Notes: generated by a model not told the origin, from the letters alone. A stretch of DNA of 64,000 nucleotides from Minisyncoccota bacterium (GCA_041666305.1 JBAYHD010000003.1:30266-94265), one strand, 5' to 3'. Counted from the first letter of the stretch, positions 1-11,392 are shown. Translations and numbers: made by a program.

Positions 1-402
1 ATCTTCGATGTGGGTTTGCTCCTTAGATATGTGCGACAACCCCTGTTCGTCCAATCTCTGCAGCATACTAGTTATCTGACGACCCGCGTTTTTCACATCG
101 CTGTCTATAGCGTCATATACCTCGATGCGCCCCATCGCAGTAAGCTGGTCACGTAGGCGATTAAGTATGATTTGTGTTCTTCCACAAAAGATTTTTTGAT
201 TATGGTTACTATTGAATAAATCTATTACGGTCACATGCAATTTCTGAACTTCCAAGTCTGACAATAGACCGGCCTCGTTGAGTTTTTGGATAACGGAATC
301 ATAGGCGTCGAGAGAGACAAACTTCCAGAGAACCTCTGTTGGATCGTTATAAATATCAGGTCCTTCTTGTGGCGGGAGCATTTTCGGACCGTGTTCCGAC
401 AT
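1..402 (-). CDS. hypothetical protein, partial (runs off window start)
   Basis: Hand translation from ATG at 402 gives MSEHGPKMLPPQEG..., open for 134 codons to position 1; not in the ORF track because it has no stop in the window. Confidence 0.6.
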   Translation of the reverse strand, partial: MSEHGPKMLPPQEGPDIYNDPTEVLWKFVSLDAYDSVIQKLNEAGLLSDLEVQKLHVTVIDLFNSNHNQKIFCGRTQIILNRLRDQLTAMGRIEVYDAIDSDVKNAGRQITSMLQRLDEQGLSHISKEQTHIED

Positions 403-416
403 ATAGAACAGTGTAG

Positions 417-542
417 CACTCCACCGGCTATGGTCTCTTCATCGCAAAGAGCATCACTGAAGAGCATGGCGGCACCATCCGCGCCGAGAGCGATGGAGTG
501 GGCAAGGGGTCTACATTTACAGTAGAATTTCCAGTCTCGTAA
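417..542 (+). pseudogene. orphan C-terminal fragment of a sensor histidine kinase (HATPase_c)
   Basis: Translates as [41 protein letters not shown] (G2 box); in-frame TAG immediately upstream at 414-416 and no start codon. Confidence 0.8.
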
Positions 543-554
543 ATAGCAGGGCAA

Positions 555-585
555 GCCCCGTACCAAATCAGATTTGGTACGGGGC
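555..585. repeat. perfect palindrome, CCCCGTA...TACGGGG family
   Basis: GCCCCGTACCAAATC-A-GATTTGGTACGGGGC, 15-bp arms. Confidence 0.85.
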
Positions 586-641
586 AAGGGCTCGACCCTC
601 ATCGTTGAGTTTCCGGCATAAATTGTGGTATAATGGTGGAT

Positions 642-926
642 ATGAAAAAGAAATACCTTATTAAAACGAAATATGGGAATTTCAACGCAACTATCTGGCG
701 CGATAACGCAGACGATAAAATGTATCTTGTAGAAGTGCCTAGTTTCAATAAAACAATGACACAAGGAATGACGCTTGCTGACGCTAAATATATGGCGCAG
801 GATCTCATAGAACTTCTGTGCGAAGTTGCGTTTGATGACGGTAAAGTTGTTATTGATGATGAACGACACATTGTCGCTCGCGGTAAACTAAAGAATCTTT
901 CAGGTGTTGTTGCGCTTGCAGCATGA
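642..926 (+). CDS. hicB: HicB-family antitoxin
   Basis: YLVEVPSF..MTQGMTLADAKYMAQDLIE resembles the HicB fold; overlaps hicA via ATGA; TATAAT at 629-634 favours the start at 642. Confidence 0.75.
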   Translation: MKKKYLIKTKYGNFNATIWRDNADDKMYLVEVPSFNKTMTQGMTLADAKYMAQDLIELLCEVAFDDGKVVIDDERHIVARGKLKNLSGVVALAA

Positions 927-1156
927 GCATCGTTCCGATGTTGCGCGCGACAACTATTGTCCGCGCGCTTCGGAAAGCAGGGTTCCACGTCATACGCCAG
1001 CGGGGAAGTCACGTCCACTTGCGACATTTCTCCGACCCGATTCGGTATGCGACCGTCCCGTATCATTCAAAAGATATCTCACGAAAAGATCTTGCCAGCA
1101 TTCTGAAACAATCTAAATTGTCAGTGGAAGAATTCCTAAAGCTACTAAAGAAATAA
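923..1156 (+). CDS. hicA: HicA-family mRNA interferase toxin
   Basis: LRKAGFHVIRQRGSHVHLRH...TVPYH..LASILKQ motif. Confidence 0.9.
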   Translation: MSIVPMLRATTIVRALRKAGFHVIRQRGSHVHLRHFSDPIRYATVPYHSKDISRKDLASILKQSKLSVEEFLKLLKK

Positions 1157-1180
1157 TTGGCAGTGGTACTATAAACCTCT

Positions 1181-2965
<1,785 letters not shown>

Positions 2966-3019
2966 AAGCGTTGTGGATAATGTAATTCAGATCTTTAGTC
3001 TTAGGTATACTGAGATAGT

Positions 3020-3724
3020 ATGGCGAAGGTTCGAGAAAAGGAACTCGCAAGAAAATATAGAAAAGAAGGACGGAGTCTAAAGTCGATTGCCCGTCTGCTT
3101 TCGGTCTCGCCAAGTTCAGTGAGCATTTGGTGTGATGACATCTGTCTGACTTCGGCACAAATCAGTAAGCTCGATAAAGAGCATCACAATCTCCGGATGC
3201 GTGGACTGCTCAAGGGTGCACATATGAATAAGGAGAAGAAACTAATTCGTATAGCCCTACATCAGAAAGAGGCTCGGAATGTCTTTAAGGCTTTGAATAA
3301 ACGAGAACTACTTATTGCCGGTCTTGGTCTCTATTGGGGCGAAGGAGTAAAGAAAGGTCATACCTCAATAGTGAATTCAGATCCAAGAGTAATTGCATTT
3401 GCAGTCCGATGGTTTACTTTTGGCCTTGGAGTTGACCGAAGAGATTTACGACCCCGTGTGTTTATTAATCACATACACGATTCTCGAATAGATATAGTGC
3501 GCAAATTTTGGTCCCGCTATCTTAAGATTCCAGAAGGACAGTTTGGACGCACAATCCTTATCAAGAGGACGAACAAAAAGGTTTACGAAAATCACGATAC
3601 GTATTATGGTGTATTAGCGTTGCGTGTCCGGAGGGCTACCGATTTGAAGTACAAGATTCTGGGCCTTATTGACGCGTTAGCCGATGCCGAGGTAGCTCAG
3701 GTGGTTAGAGCATCTCACTCATAA
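3020..3724 (+). CDS. N-terminal HTH plus LAGLIDADG-like domain protein, ending inside tRNA-Met
   Basis: HTH (SLKSIARLLSVSPSSVSIW); IAGLGLYWGEG followed by NSDP; stop TAA lies in the tRNA anticodon loop. Confidence 0.7.
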   Translation: MAKVREKELARKYRKEGRSLKSIARLLSVSPSSVSIWCDDICLTSAQISKLDKEHHNLRMRGLLKGAHMNKEKKLIRIALHQKEARNVFKALNKRELLIAGLGLYWGEGVKKGHTSIVNSDPRVIAFAVRWFTFGLGVDRRDLRPRVFINHIHDSRIDIVRKFWSRYLKIPEGQFGRTILIKRTNKKVYENHDTYYGVLALRVRRATDLKYKILGLIDALADAEVAQVVRASHS

Positions 3725-3759
3725 AGAGAAGGTCGTGGGTTCAACTCCCACCCTCGGCA
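3686..3759 (+). tRNA. tRNA-Met (CAT), probably elongator
   Basis: Cloverleaf GCCGAGG...CCTCGGC-A; loop CTCATAA; T-loop TTCAACT; CCA not encoded. Confidence 0.85.
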
Positions 3760-3798
3760 CACGACATTTTAGAGAGATTTTGGTAGGATAGGTGCATT

Positions 3799-3872
3799 GC
3801 GGTCGTGGTGTAGCTGGTTAACACATCTCCCTGTCACGGAGAAGACCGTGGGTTCAAGTCCCATCGACCGCG
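3799..3872 (+). tRNA. tRNA-Asp (GTC)
   Basis: GCGGTCG...CGACCGC-G; anticodon arm TCTCC-CTGTCAC-GGAGA. Confidence 0.95.
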
Positions 3873-3882
3873 CATCGAGACA

Positions 3883-3906
3883 CAAAAGCCCCGGAAGGGG
3901 CTTTTG
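3883..3906 (+). terminator. intrinsic terminator
   Basis: CAAAAGCCCC-GGAA-GGGGCTTTTG. Confidence 0.75.
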
Positions 3907-3989
3907 CGTTATTTGTGTATTTGGGCGTATTTGTATATGGTTGCGACGGAGTCCGGGTTCCTTTTCAACATCGAATGGAGGTTATCGCT

Positions 3990-5444
3990 ATGAACGGTAC
4001 CGTCAGCAATTTCCGTCCCCAGCATCATCAGAAACCCATTGCAGCGCTCGTGGTCGCACCGACCACGCTCTTCGTATTGGACACGAGCGTTCTCTTGCAC
4101 GATCCGACCTGCGTATTTCGTTTTCAGGAACACGACGTGCATGTGCCGCTTCCGGTCCTCGAAGAACTTGATGACTGCAAGACGGGGCACAGCGAACTGT
4201 CGCGCAACGCGCGAGAAGTCGCCCGCATCCTGAACACGGTCGTAACCGGGCATGAAAAAGGTCTCGGCCGGGGAGTATCGCTCGAAAAGGCGAGCGGCGG
4301 CCAGGCTACGGGGCGTCTGTATCTTCACTTTGAAGAACGGACGACCCGGACGTTGAACCGCCTGCTGTCTTCCAAAGACAGTGCAGACAATAAGATATTG
4401 AAATTGGCCGGTTCACTGCGCGACGCTCATCGCGACCGCAAGGTAGTCGTGGTCACGAAAGATACACTTCTTCGCCTGAAGGCCATTGCCGTTGGTCTTG
4501 ATTCTCAAGACTATCTCAATGACCATATGGTGGCGGATAGCGACATCCTGCGGTCCGGCATATGCGTGCTTCCGGATGATTTCTGGGACACGCACAAGGT
4601 GGACAAGACATGGAATGACCACGGCCAGCACTTCTACAAAATGTCCGGTCCCGCGCTTGAAGAAGTATTGATCAACGAAGCGCTCATTCTGAAGGGCCAG
4701 AAAGGAGAATCGCTCCAAGCAACCGTACGGGGGATACATGACGGCATCGTGACGTTCGGCACGATACCCGATTACCTCAAGGAACGGAACGCGGTATGGG
4801 GCGTCCACGCGCGGAATCGCGAGCAATGCATCGCTCTCAATCTGCTCATGAATCCCGATATCAATTACGTCACCATGCTCGGACCAGCCGGTACCGGGAA
4901 AACACTGCTTGCGCTTGCCGCCGGTCTGGAACAAGTACTCAAGACCGAGCTGTATAGCGCCATCACCGTCGTAAAGGAGACGATGCCGGTGGGAAGGGAT
5001 CAGGGATATTTCCCGGGTGACGAGAACGAAAAACTCGGTCCATGGCTCGGAGCCGTGTGGGATAACTTTGAAGTCCTGCAAGCGAACGCCAAGGAAAAAA
5101 AGATCTGGAATATGGCCGAGCTACCGAGAATGCGCCTCGCAATGGAAACGAAGTCGCTTAGCACCGTACGCGGGCGCTCGTTCTTCCAAAGGTTCATTTT
5201 CGTCGACGAAGCGCAGAATCTTACGCCGCATCAGGCGAAGACGCTCGTGACGCGCACCGGCCCTCGCTCGAAGATAATCTTTTCCGGCAATCTGGCGCAG
5301 ATCGACACTCCTTACCTCACGGAAGGAAGTTCCGGTCTGGCGTATCTGGTGAACCGGATGAAGAATTATGCGCACGGCGGGCACGTAATCCTCAAAGACT
5401 GCGAACGCTCCGATCTCGCGGAGTACGCAAATATCGCGCTGTAA
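3990..5444 (+). CDS. PIN-PhoH protein (PhoH2-like ATPase)
   Basis: FVLDTSVLLHDP PIN domain; GPAGTGKT, RGRS and DEAQN motifs; GGAGG upstream of ATG 3990. Confidence 0.92.
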   Translation: MNGTVSNFRPQHHQKPIAALVVAPTTLFVLDTSVLLHDPTCVFRFQEHDVHVPLPVLEELDDCKTGHSELSRNAREVARILNTVVTGHEKGLGRGVSLEKASGGQATGRLYLHFEERTTRTLNRLLSSKDSADNKILKLAGSLRDAHRDRKVVVVTKDTLLRLKAIAVGLDSQDYLNDHMVADSDILRSGICVLPDDFWDTHKVDKTWNDHGQHFYKMSGPALEEVLINEALILKGQKGESLQATVRGIHDGIVTFGTIPDYLKERNAVWGVHARNREQCIALNLLMNPDINYVTMLGPAGTGKTLLALAAGLEQVLKTELYSAITVVKETMPVGRDQGYFPGDENEKLGPWLGAVWDNFEVLQANAKEKKIWNMAELPRMRLAMETKSLSTVRGRSFFQRFIFVDEAQNLTPHQAKTLVTRTGPRSKIIFSGNLAQIDTPYLTEGSSGLAYLVNRMKNYAHGGHVILKDCERSDLAEYANIAL

Positions 5445-5470
5445 AGAACTGCCTTGGTGAGTTTTCACCC

Positions 5471-5508
5471 ATCCCGCCGCCCCAAAAAGGCTGGCGGGAT
5501 TTTCTTTT
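5471..5508 (+). terminator. intrinsic terminator
   Basis: ATCCCGCC...GGCGGGAT followed by a T-rich tail. Confidence 0.65.
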
Positions 5509-5524
5509 GTCCGGGGATAACGAT

Positions 5525-5553
5525 TTGACAGCGATACCCCTAGGGGGTATACT
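5525..5553 (+). promoter_or_regulatory. sigma70 promoter with CsoR operator in the spacer
   Basis: TTGACA-17 nt-TATACT; ATACCCCTAGGGGGTAT C/G-tract pseudo-palindrome at 5534-5550 is typical of CsoR boxes. Confidence 0.9.
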
Positions 5554-5562
5554 CGGCACATT

Positions 5563-5832
5563 ATGAAAATGCATACCGACAAAGGGAAGCTGATACGCCG
5601 TCTCAAGATCATCGAGGGGCAGGTGCGTGGACTGCAGGAGATGCTCGCGAAGGATACCTACTGTATCGACGTCATCACGCAGACCTCAGCGGTGAAGCAA
5701 GCGCTCTCCGGAGTGGAGGACGCGCTTATGGAAGAGCATCTCGGCACGTGTGTTGTGCATCAGATGAAGAAAGGGAAGGAGAAAACGGCGATAGGTGAAA
5801 TACTGAAGGTGTATCACCTGAAGCGTAAATAA
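5563..5832 (+). CDS. csoR: CsoR-family copper-sensing repressor
   Basis: RLKIIEGQVRG, YCIDV and EHLGTC (Cys-His-Cys ligands). Confidence 0.93.
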   Translation: MKMHTDKGKLIRRLKIIEGQVRGLQEMLAKDTYCIDVITQTSAVKQALSGVEDALMEEHLGTCVVHQMKKGKEKTAIGEILKVYHLKRK

Positions 5833-5838
5833 TTTTAT

Positions 5839-8160
5839 ATGAACAACAAAACACAAACCTACCGAATACGAGGCATGCATTGCGCTTCTTGCGCGAGCAT
5901 CATTGAGAAAGCGCTCAAAAAGGTAGATGGTGTGGAATCCGTAGAAGTGAACATCGGCACCGAGAAAGCAAAAATCGCATATGACGAATCAAAAACGAAT
6001 GCGCAGGCGATTTCAAAAGTCATTGAACCGCTCGGGTACACGCTGGTCATACCGGATATGCCGACGGTCGCTTCATCGGTGCAGACTGCAACGGAGATGG
6101 GTATGTCGGAGAGCGAGCATGCCGCGCACCTCGGGCTCAATCAATCCAAGGCCGAGAAACTCACTGAACTTGCCTCGATGAAAACGAAGATAATCACCAT
6201 TATGCCGATGGCGGTTATCGCTATCGTCATCATGACCTGGGATATTCTCGCCGAATTCAATCGCGTGGCGCCTATGTCGGAAGCGTGGGTTACCCCGTTC
6301 CGCTATCTGCTCATGGCTATGGCGACCTACGCGCTATTTGTCGTCGGAAAGCCGTATCTGCTTGGGTTCTATCGATTCCTGCGCTATGGCAAAGCGAATA
6401 TGGATACGCTTATCGGTATCGGCACATCCGCCGCATTTCTCTACAGTGTCGCCGTAACTTTTTTTCGAGAAGCGTTGCGTCCGTATCTAAATGTTGAGGT
6501 CACCTATTTCGATGTGGCCATCGTCGTTATCGCCTTCATTACGCTTGGGAAATACCTTGAGGCGCGCGCGAAGATAAAAACCGGCGATGCGATAGAAAAA
6601 TTGCTCAATTTGCAGGCAAAGACCGCGCTCGTCGTGCGTGATGGAAAAGAAATTGAAATACCAGTTGATCAGGTCGTGCACGGCGATCTCATCATCGTAA
6701 AGCCGGCCGGAAAAATCCCGGTGGACGGCGTACTCACCGAAGGCTCGTCATTCGTTGACGAAGCAATGGTTTCCGGTGAGCCGGTGCCGGTGGAGAAAAA
6801 TATCGGCGATAAGGTCGTGGCGGGGACTATCAACACCACGGGTGCATTTACGTTCCAAGCGACGAAAGTCGGTTCTGAAACATTGCTCGCGCACATCATA
6901 CAGATGGTGGAAGACGCACAAGGGAGCAAAGCACCCATTCAAGCGCTTGCCGATAAGATCTCAAGCGTGTTTGTGCCCATTGTGCTGGTTATAGCGTTTT
7001 CATCGCTTGGAATCTGGCTTCTGTGGGGCACATCGTCTCTCGGATTTGCACAAGCGCTTTCCTTCGGTCTCGTGTCGTTCGTTGGAGTGCTCGTCATCGC
7101 GTGCCCGTGCGCATTGGGTCTTGCGACGCCGACCGCCATCATCGTGGGCGTCGGCAAGGGAGCGAAGGAAGGCATTCTCATCAAGGACGCGAGTACGCTT
7201 GAAAAATTGCACAAAGTGACTACGGTCGTCGTGGATAAGACCGGCACTATTACGAGAGGGAAGCCGGAGCTCGTGTCGCTCAAAAATCTTTCCGACAAGA
7301 GCGATGCCGACATTCTCGCCATCCTCGCGTCCATCGACAACAAATCAGATCATCCCATCTCGCACGCAGTCGTCACCTACGCACGCGAGAAAAATGTCCA
7401 ACTCTTGCCGGTAGAAAAGTTTGAAGCGTTGAAAGGCAAAGGGCTTGTCGGCACTGTTAACGGCACTGAGTACCACGTCGGTAGTGCCCGACTTGCAATA
7501 GAACTGGGTGCGTCTTTGGATTCTATTGAAGTGGACACAATGGCGGGGAAGACGCCGGTTGTCCTCATCGCGAATGGGAATGTTCTCGCTATCGCAATGG
7601 TCGCCGACGCACTCAAGCCGGAAGCAAAAGATGCGGTCACCGCTCTGCATAAGCTCGGCATACGCGTCGTGATGCTCACCGGCGACGATAAGAACACCGC
7701 GGCCGCTATTGCTAAACAGGTCGGCATCGACGAAGTCGTTGCGGAGGTGATGCCGGAGGACAAGTTGAACAAAATAAAAGAGCTGCAAGCGCAGGGCCAA
7801 GTAGTGGCGATGGCAGGTGACGGCATCAACGACGCGCCCGCGCTCGCGCAGGCGGATGTTGGTATCGCAATGGCGACCGGAACTGATGTTGCCATTGAAA
7901 GCGCCGGCATCACCCTTCTTCACGGCGATATCAGCAAGCTCGTAAAGGCGATACGCCTTTCCAAGTTCACGATGCGCGGCATCAAGCAGAATCTTTTCTG
8001 GGCGTTCGCGTATAATGTCATTGGTATTCCACTTGCGAGCGGTCTCTTCTTCCCGTTTTTCGGCTGGCTCCTCAACCCCGTATTCGCCGGGCTCGCGATG
8101 GCGCTCTCAAGCGTCTCGGTCGTTGGCAATTCGCTCCGGCTTAAAACTAAACAACTCTAG
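5839..8160 (+). CDS. copA: Cu(I)-translocating P1B ATPase
   Basis: GMHCASC HMA domain; CPCALG, DKTGT, GDGIND; YN and MxxSS motifs. Confidence 0.95.
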   Translation: MNNKTQTYRIRGMHCASCASIIEKALKKVDGVESVEVNIGTEKAKIAYDESKTNAQAISKVIEPLGYTLVIPDMPTVASSVQTATEMGMSESEHAAHLGLNQSKAEKLTELASMKTKIITIMPMAVIAIVIMTWDILAEFNRVAPMSEAWVTPFRYLLMAMATYALFVVGKPYLLGFYRFLRYGKANMDTLIGIGTSAAFLYSVAVTFFREALRPYLNVEVTYFDVAIVVIAFITLGKYLEARAKIKTGDAIEKLLNLQAKTALVVRDGKEIEIPVDQVVHGDLIIVKPAGKIPVDGVLTEGSSFVDEAMVSGEPVPVEKNIGDKVVAGTINTTGAFTFQATKVGSETLLAHIIQMVEDAQGSKAPIQALADKISSVFVPIVLVIAFSSLGIWLLWGTSSLGFAQALSFGLVSFVGVLVIACPCALGLATPTAIIVGVGKGAKEGILIKDASTLEKLHKVTTVVVDKTGTITRGKPELVSLKNLSDKSDADILAILASIDNKSDHPISHAVVTYAREKNVQLLPVEKFEALKGKGLVGTVNGTEYHVGSARLAIELGASLDSIEVDTMAGKTPVVLIANGNVLAIAMVADALKPEAKDAVTALHKLGIRVVMLTGDDKNTAAAIAKQVGIDEVVAEVMPEDKLNKIKELQAQGQVVAMAGDGINDAPALAQADVGIAMATGTDVAIESAGITLLHGDISKLVKAIRLSKFTMRGIKQNLFWAFAYNVIGIPLASGLFFPFFGWLLNPVFAGLAMALSSVSVVGNSLRLKTKQL

Positions 8161-8162
8161 AT

Positions 8163-9197
8163 ATGGAAAACGAAAACCAACAGAAATACACCTTTCATGT
8201 GAAGGGCATGCACTGCACGGCATGCACGCTTCTTACGGAAAGTGAGCTGATGGATGTTGCCGCTGTCTCGCAAGCGAAGTCGAGCCTCACCACGCATACG
8301 GTTGAAGTGTGCGGGGATTTCGGCAATAAGACGAAGGAAGAAATTTGTCGCGAACTCTCTCAAAGTCTTGAGAAGCACGGCTACTCGCTTTCGGTGGAGA
8401 AACAGCAACAGGAAAAAAATTGGTCGGAGTTCAGCATCGCGATTCCTATCGCCATCGGATTTGCGGTGCTTTTCGTGCTTCTCCAGAAGCTCGGCATTGT
8501 GAATCTGGTGAACGCGAGCGATGTCAGCTGGGGCACGGCATTTATGATCGGCGTCATTGCGTCGCTTTCCACCTGCATGGCGGTGGTGGGCGGACTCGTA
8601 CTCTCAATGTCCGCTACCTTCGCGCGGGAAGGGGATAAGATCCGTCCGCAGATACTTTTCCACACCGGACGCATCGTTTCCTTCTTCATTTTGGGCGGCG
8701 TCATCGGCGCACTCGGCTCGGCATTTACGCTCGGCGCCACTGGCACGTTCGTACTCGGGCTTCTCGTCGGCCTCGTGATGCTCATTCTCGGTATCAATTT
8801 GCTGGATGTATTTCCGTGGGCAAAACGATTTCAGCCGTCTATGCCGAAGTTTCTCGGTAAGCACGCCCTCGGCGTTTCGGAATTGAATCACTGGCTTACG
8901 CCGCTTCTGGTCGGCGTTGCGACCTTCTTCTTGCCGTGCGGATTTACGCAAGCGATGCAACTCTACAGCCTCACGACCGGCAGTTTCCTCGCGGGTGGTC
9001 TTACCATGCTCTCTTTCGCACTCGGCACCCTGCCGGTCCTAGCACTCATCGGTTTCAGCTCGTTCAGCATCAAAAATAGCGCGAAGGCGGGCATCTTCTT
9101 CAAATCCGCCGGGCTTATCGTGATACTCTTTGCATTGTTCAACATCACGAACAGTCTCGTGGTCATCGGTGTCATTCCGCCCGTATTCAATTTCTAA
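8163..9197 (+). CDS. HMA plus DsbD_2/TauE-like membrane protein
   Basis: GMHCTAC; STCMAVVGG; FFLPCGFTQ. Confidence 0.85.
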   Translation: MENENQQKYTFHVKGMHCTACTLLTESELMDVAAVSQAKSSLTTHTVEVCGDFGNKTKEEICRELSQSLEKHGYSLSVEKQQQEKNWSEFSIAIPIAIGFAVLFVLLQKLGIVNLVNASDVSWGTAFMIGVIASLSTCMAVVGGLVLSMSATFAREGDKIRPQILFHTGRIVSFFILGGVIGALGSAFTLGATGTFVLGLLVGLVMLILGINLLDVFPWAKRFQPSMPKFLGKHALGVSELNHWLTPLLVGVATFFLPCGFTQAMQLYSLTTGSFLAGGLTMLSFALGTLPVLALIGFSSFSIKNSAKAGIFFKSAGLIVILFALFNITNSLVVIGVIPPVFNF

Positions 9198-9204
9198 AAA
9201 ATCT

Positions 9205-9594
9205 ATGAAGCCAATGCATCTCGCTCTCATCATCACGACCACGCTCATCGGCGGGGCACTGATGCTCACCTTGAACAAGCCCAGCGCCGCGCAGAACGAA
9301 CCGACGGCAAACAACGTAAGTATCGTTGATGGTCAGCAGATAATTGATATCACCGCGAAAGGTGGCTACATTCCGCGCACGAGCACCGCGAAGGCCGGCA
9401 TACCGACCATACTGCGTTTCCACACCACCGGCACCTTTGATTGCTCGTCCTACATTCGCATTCCGAGTATGGGCATCAGCAAAAATCTTCCCTCAACCGG
9501 CACCGTTGATATTCCGGTAGATGCGAAAGCCGGTCCTCTTATCGGCATGTGTGGCATGGGCATGTACCCGTTCCAAGTGAATTTCCAGAGTTAA
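9205..9594 (+). CDS. cupredoxin-domain protein
   Basis: N-terminal TM segment; GGYIP, DCSS and CGMGMY motifs. Confidence 0.85.
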   Translation: MKPMHLALIITTTLIGGALMLTLNKPSAAQNEPTANNVSIVDGQQIIDITAKGGYIPRTSTAKAGIPTILRFHTTGTFDCSSYIRIPSMGISKNLPSTGTVDIPVDAKAGPLIGMCGMGMYPFQVNFQS

Positions 9595-9598
9595 AGAA

Positions 9599-9952
9599 TC
9601 AGGTGCGACCGTATTTGTCTTCGAGGCGTTTAATATCGCCCTCGTCGAAATCGCCGAAGGCTATTTCCAGAAAAGTGGTTCCTTCCGGACCACCGCTGAC
9701 GCGATGCTCTGTGCCACGCGGGCAGAAGAATGAACTGCCTTCATGCGCCTGATGTTCGGTAGCGCCAATATGGATGACACCGGAACCCTTAATGACATGC
9801 CAAAATTCGTCGCGATGCGCGTGGGTCTGCAAGCTGAAATATTCTCCGGCATTGACGGTAATTATTTTTACCGTTGTCTTTTCGTTGAGGGTAAAGCGCT
9901 CAAAATTTCCCCACGGGCGATTTTCTTTTTCGTAATGAGAGAGGCCTTCCAT
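9599..9952 (-). CDS. cupin, mannose-6-phosphate isomerase type II C-terminal-like
   Basis: RPWG, SLQTHAHRDEFW and EGDIKRLEDKYGR motifs. Confidence 0.88.
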   Translation of the reverse strand: MEGLSHYEKENRPWGNFERFTLNEKTTVKIITVNAGEYFSLQTHAHRDEFWHVIKGSGVIHIGATEHQAHEGSSFFCPRGTEHRVSGGPEGTTFLEIAFGDFDEGDIKRLEDKYGRT

Positions 9953-10133
9953 GCAAATGAGTATATATCAAAAAAATTGAAAGAATTGGGAAATTCGGAT
10001 AGTATGCGGGAGTGCGAGAAATACGGGTTCGCCGCGATAAACTTCTTTCTCGAAGACTCGAAAAAGTTTTTCCCAGGCTCGCTCGGAGAACGTGGAAATG
10101 AGTGTCTGCACTCACTTCCACGTTTCCTCGCTC

Positions 10134-10209
10134 GCCGAGATAGCTCAGTTGGTAGAGCAGCGCCATGGTAAGGCGCAGGTCGTCGGTTCAATCCCGACTC
10201 TCGGCTCCA
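10134..10209 (+). tRNA. tRNA-Thr (GGT)
   Basis: GCCGAGA...TCTCGGC-T-CCA; GCGCC-ATGGTAA-GGCGC. Confidence 0.95.
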
Positions 10210-10301
10210 GAATCAAACCCATCGGGGTATATTGACGCAGTTCGTTTTTTAATGGGGTATACTGTACGCAGTGTTCTACCTTAAAAACTCAATAATCAAC
10301 T

Positions 10302-11315
10302 ATGAAAATATCTAACAGTGTTTCAGTAGTTGCCTCTGTTTCTTTCGCGCTCAGCCTCATCGTCCCGATGACGGCGCTCGCGGCAACGACGCCTTCACTC
10401 GGAACGGCGGCGTCATATGCCGTTCTTGGCAGTACCTATACCAACACATCGGCAACGACCATCAACGGAAGCGTTGGATTCACCACGGGTCCGGCAGTCG
10501 CACCAGTGGGCACACATGCGAATTACGGTAGCGGCGCTCCGTATGCTACGGCAGGCACGGACCAGGGCAGTGCCTTATCTTCCTTGGCTTCGCAAGCGTG
10601 TACGTTCACATTCGCGGGCGGAGCGATCAACCTTTCTACCGACACGACGCATGGTGCCATCGGCGTGTACACTCCCGGCGTGTATTGCAGCTCGGGCGCA
10701 ATGGATGTGGGAGGCTCTCTGACGCTGAACGGTAATGGAACGTATATCTTCCGAGCCGTCGGTGCGCTCACCACGACTGCCGGTGCAGTCGTTACCCTAA
10801 GCGGTGCATCAGCATGTGATGTGTTCTGGACGCCGAGCGCGGCTACGACGCTTGCCGCCAATACGACGTTCGCAGGAACGGTCATCAGCGATGCAGGCAT
10901 TACCGTGGGAGCAAATTCCACATGGCAGGGCCTCGCGCTTTCGTTCGGCGGGACGGTTACGACCGATACGGACATCATTACCGCGCCAACCTGTTCAACC
11001 CCTGTTCCAACCCCGCCCGCTCCCGTCTACGGCTGCATGGATTCAACAGCAACGAATTACAACGCAAGTGCCACAAGCCAGACGGGCGTCACCTGCACCT
11101 TCCCGGTTGTGCCGACGGTTACAACCCAGAACGTTGTAACCCCGACTGTGACCACCCCAACAGTCACCACAACCACGACGGTTACCCCAACGCTTCCCAA
11201 TGCAGGACTTCCTCCTCGCGGAACGAATTCCGCATCGGATGCGGCAATGGTGACCGGCATTCTCATGATGATTCTAGTCTCGCTCCCGGCCATTCAGAAG
11301 AAACTCAAAGTTTAG
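10302..11315 (+). CDS. secreted ice-binding-like (DUF3494) protein with PTVTT linker and LPNAG sorting signal
   Basis: Signal peptide; LGTAASYAVL, TPGVYC and ACDVFW DUF3494 motifs; LPNAG then TM then KKLKV tail. Confidence 0.85.
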   Translation: MKISNSVSVVASVSFALSLIVPMTALAATTPSLGTAASYAVLGSTYTNTSATTINGSVGFTTGPAVAPVGTHANYGSGAPYATAGTDQGSALSSLASQACTFTFAGGAINLSTDTTHGAIGVYTPGVYCSSGAMDVGGSLTLNGNGTYIFRAVGALTTTAGAVVTLSGASACDVFWTPSAATTLAANTTFAGTVISDAGITVGANSTWQGLALSFGGTVTTDTDIITAPTCSTPVPTPPAPVYGCMDSTATNYNASATSQTGVTCTFPVVPTVTTQNVVTPTVTTPTVTTTTTVTPTLPNAGLPPRGTNSASDAAMVTGILMMILVSLPAIQKKLKV

Positions 11316-11331
11316 TTTAAAGCGTCAAAAC

Positions 11332-11365
11332 CAGCAAAAGCCCCGCGTACGCGGGGCTTTTGCTG
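11332..11365. terminator. bidirectional-type intrinsic terminator
   Basis: CAGCAAAAGCCCCGC-GTAC-GCGGGGCTTTTGCTG. Confidence 0.75.
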
Positions 11366-11392
11366 ATATACTCAGATGAACGCACGCTTCCT

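Noticed and set aside
3797-4171. 124-aa ORF
   Set aside because: Overlaps tRNA-Asp, a terminator and the PhoH gene.
11135-11195. Tandem ACC/CCA-rich repeats
   Set aside because: Explained by the PTVTT linker of the surface protein.
11336-11361. Membership of the CCCCGTA palindrome family
   Set aside because: A/T tails on both sides and its position after a stop fit an ordinary terminator.
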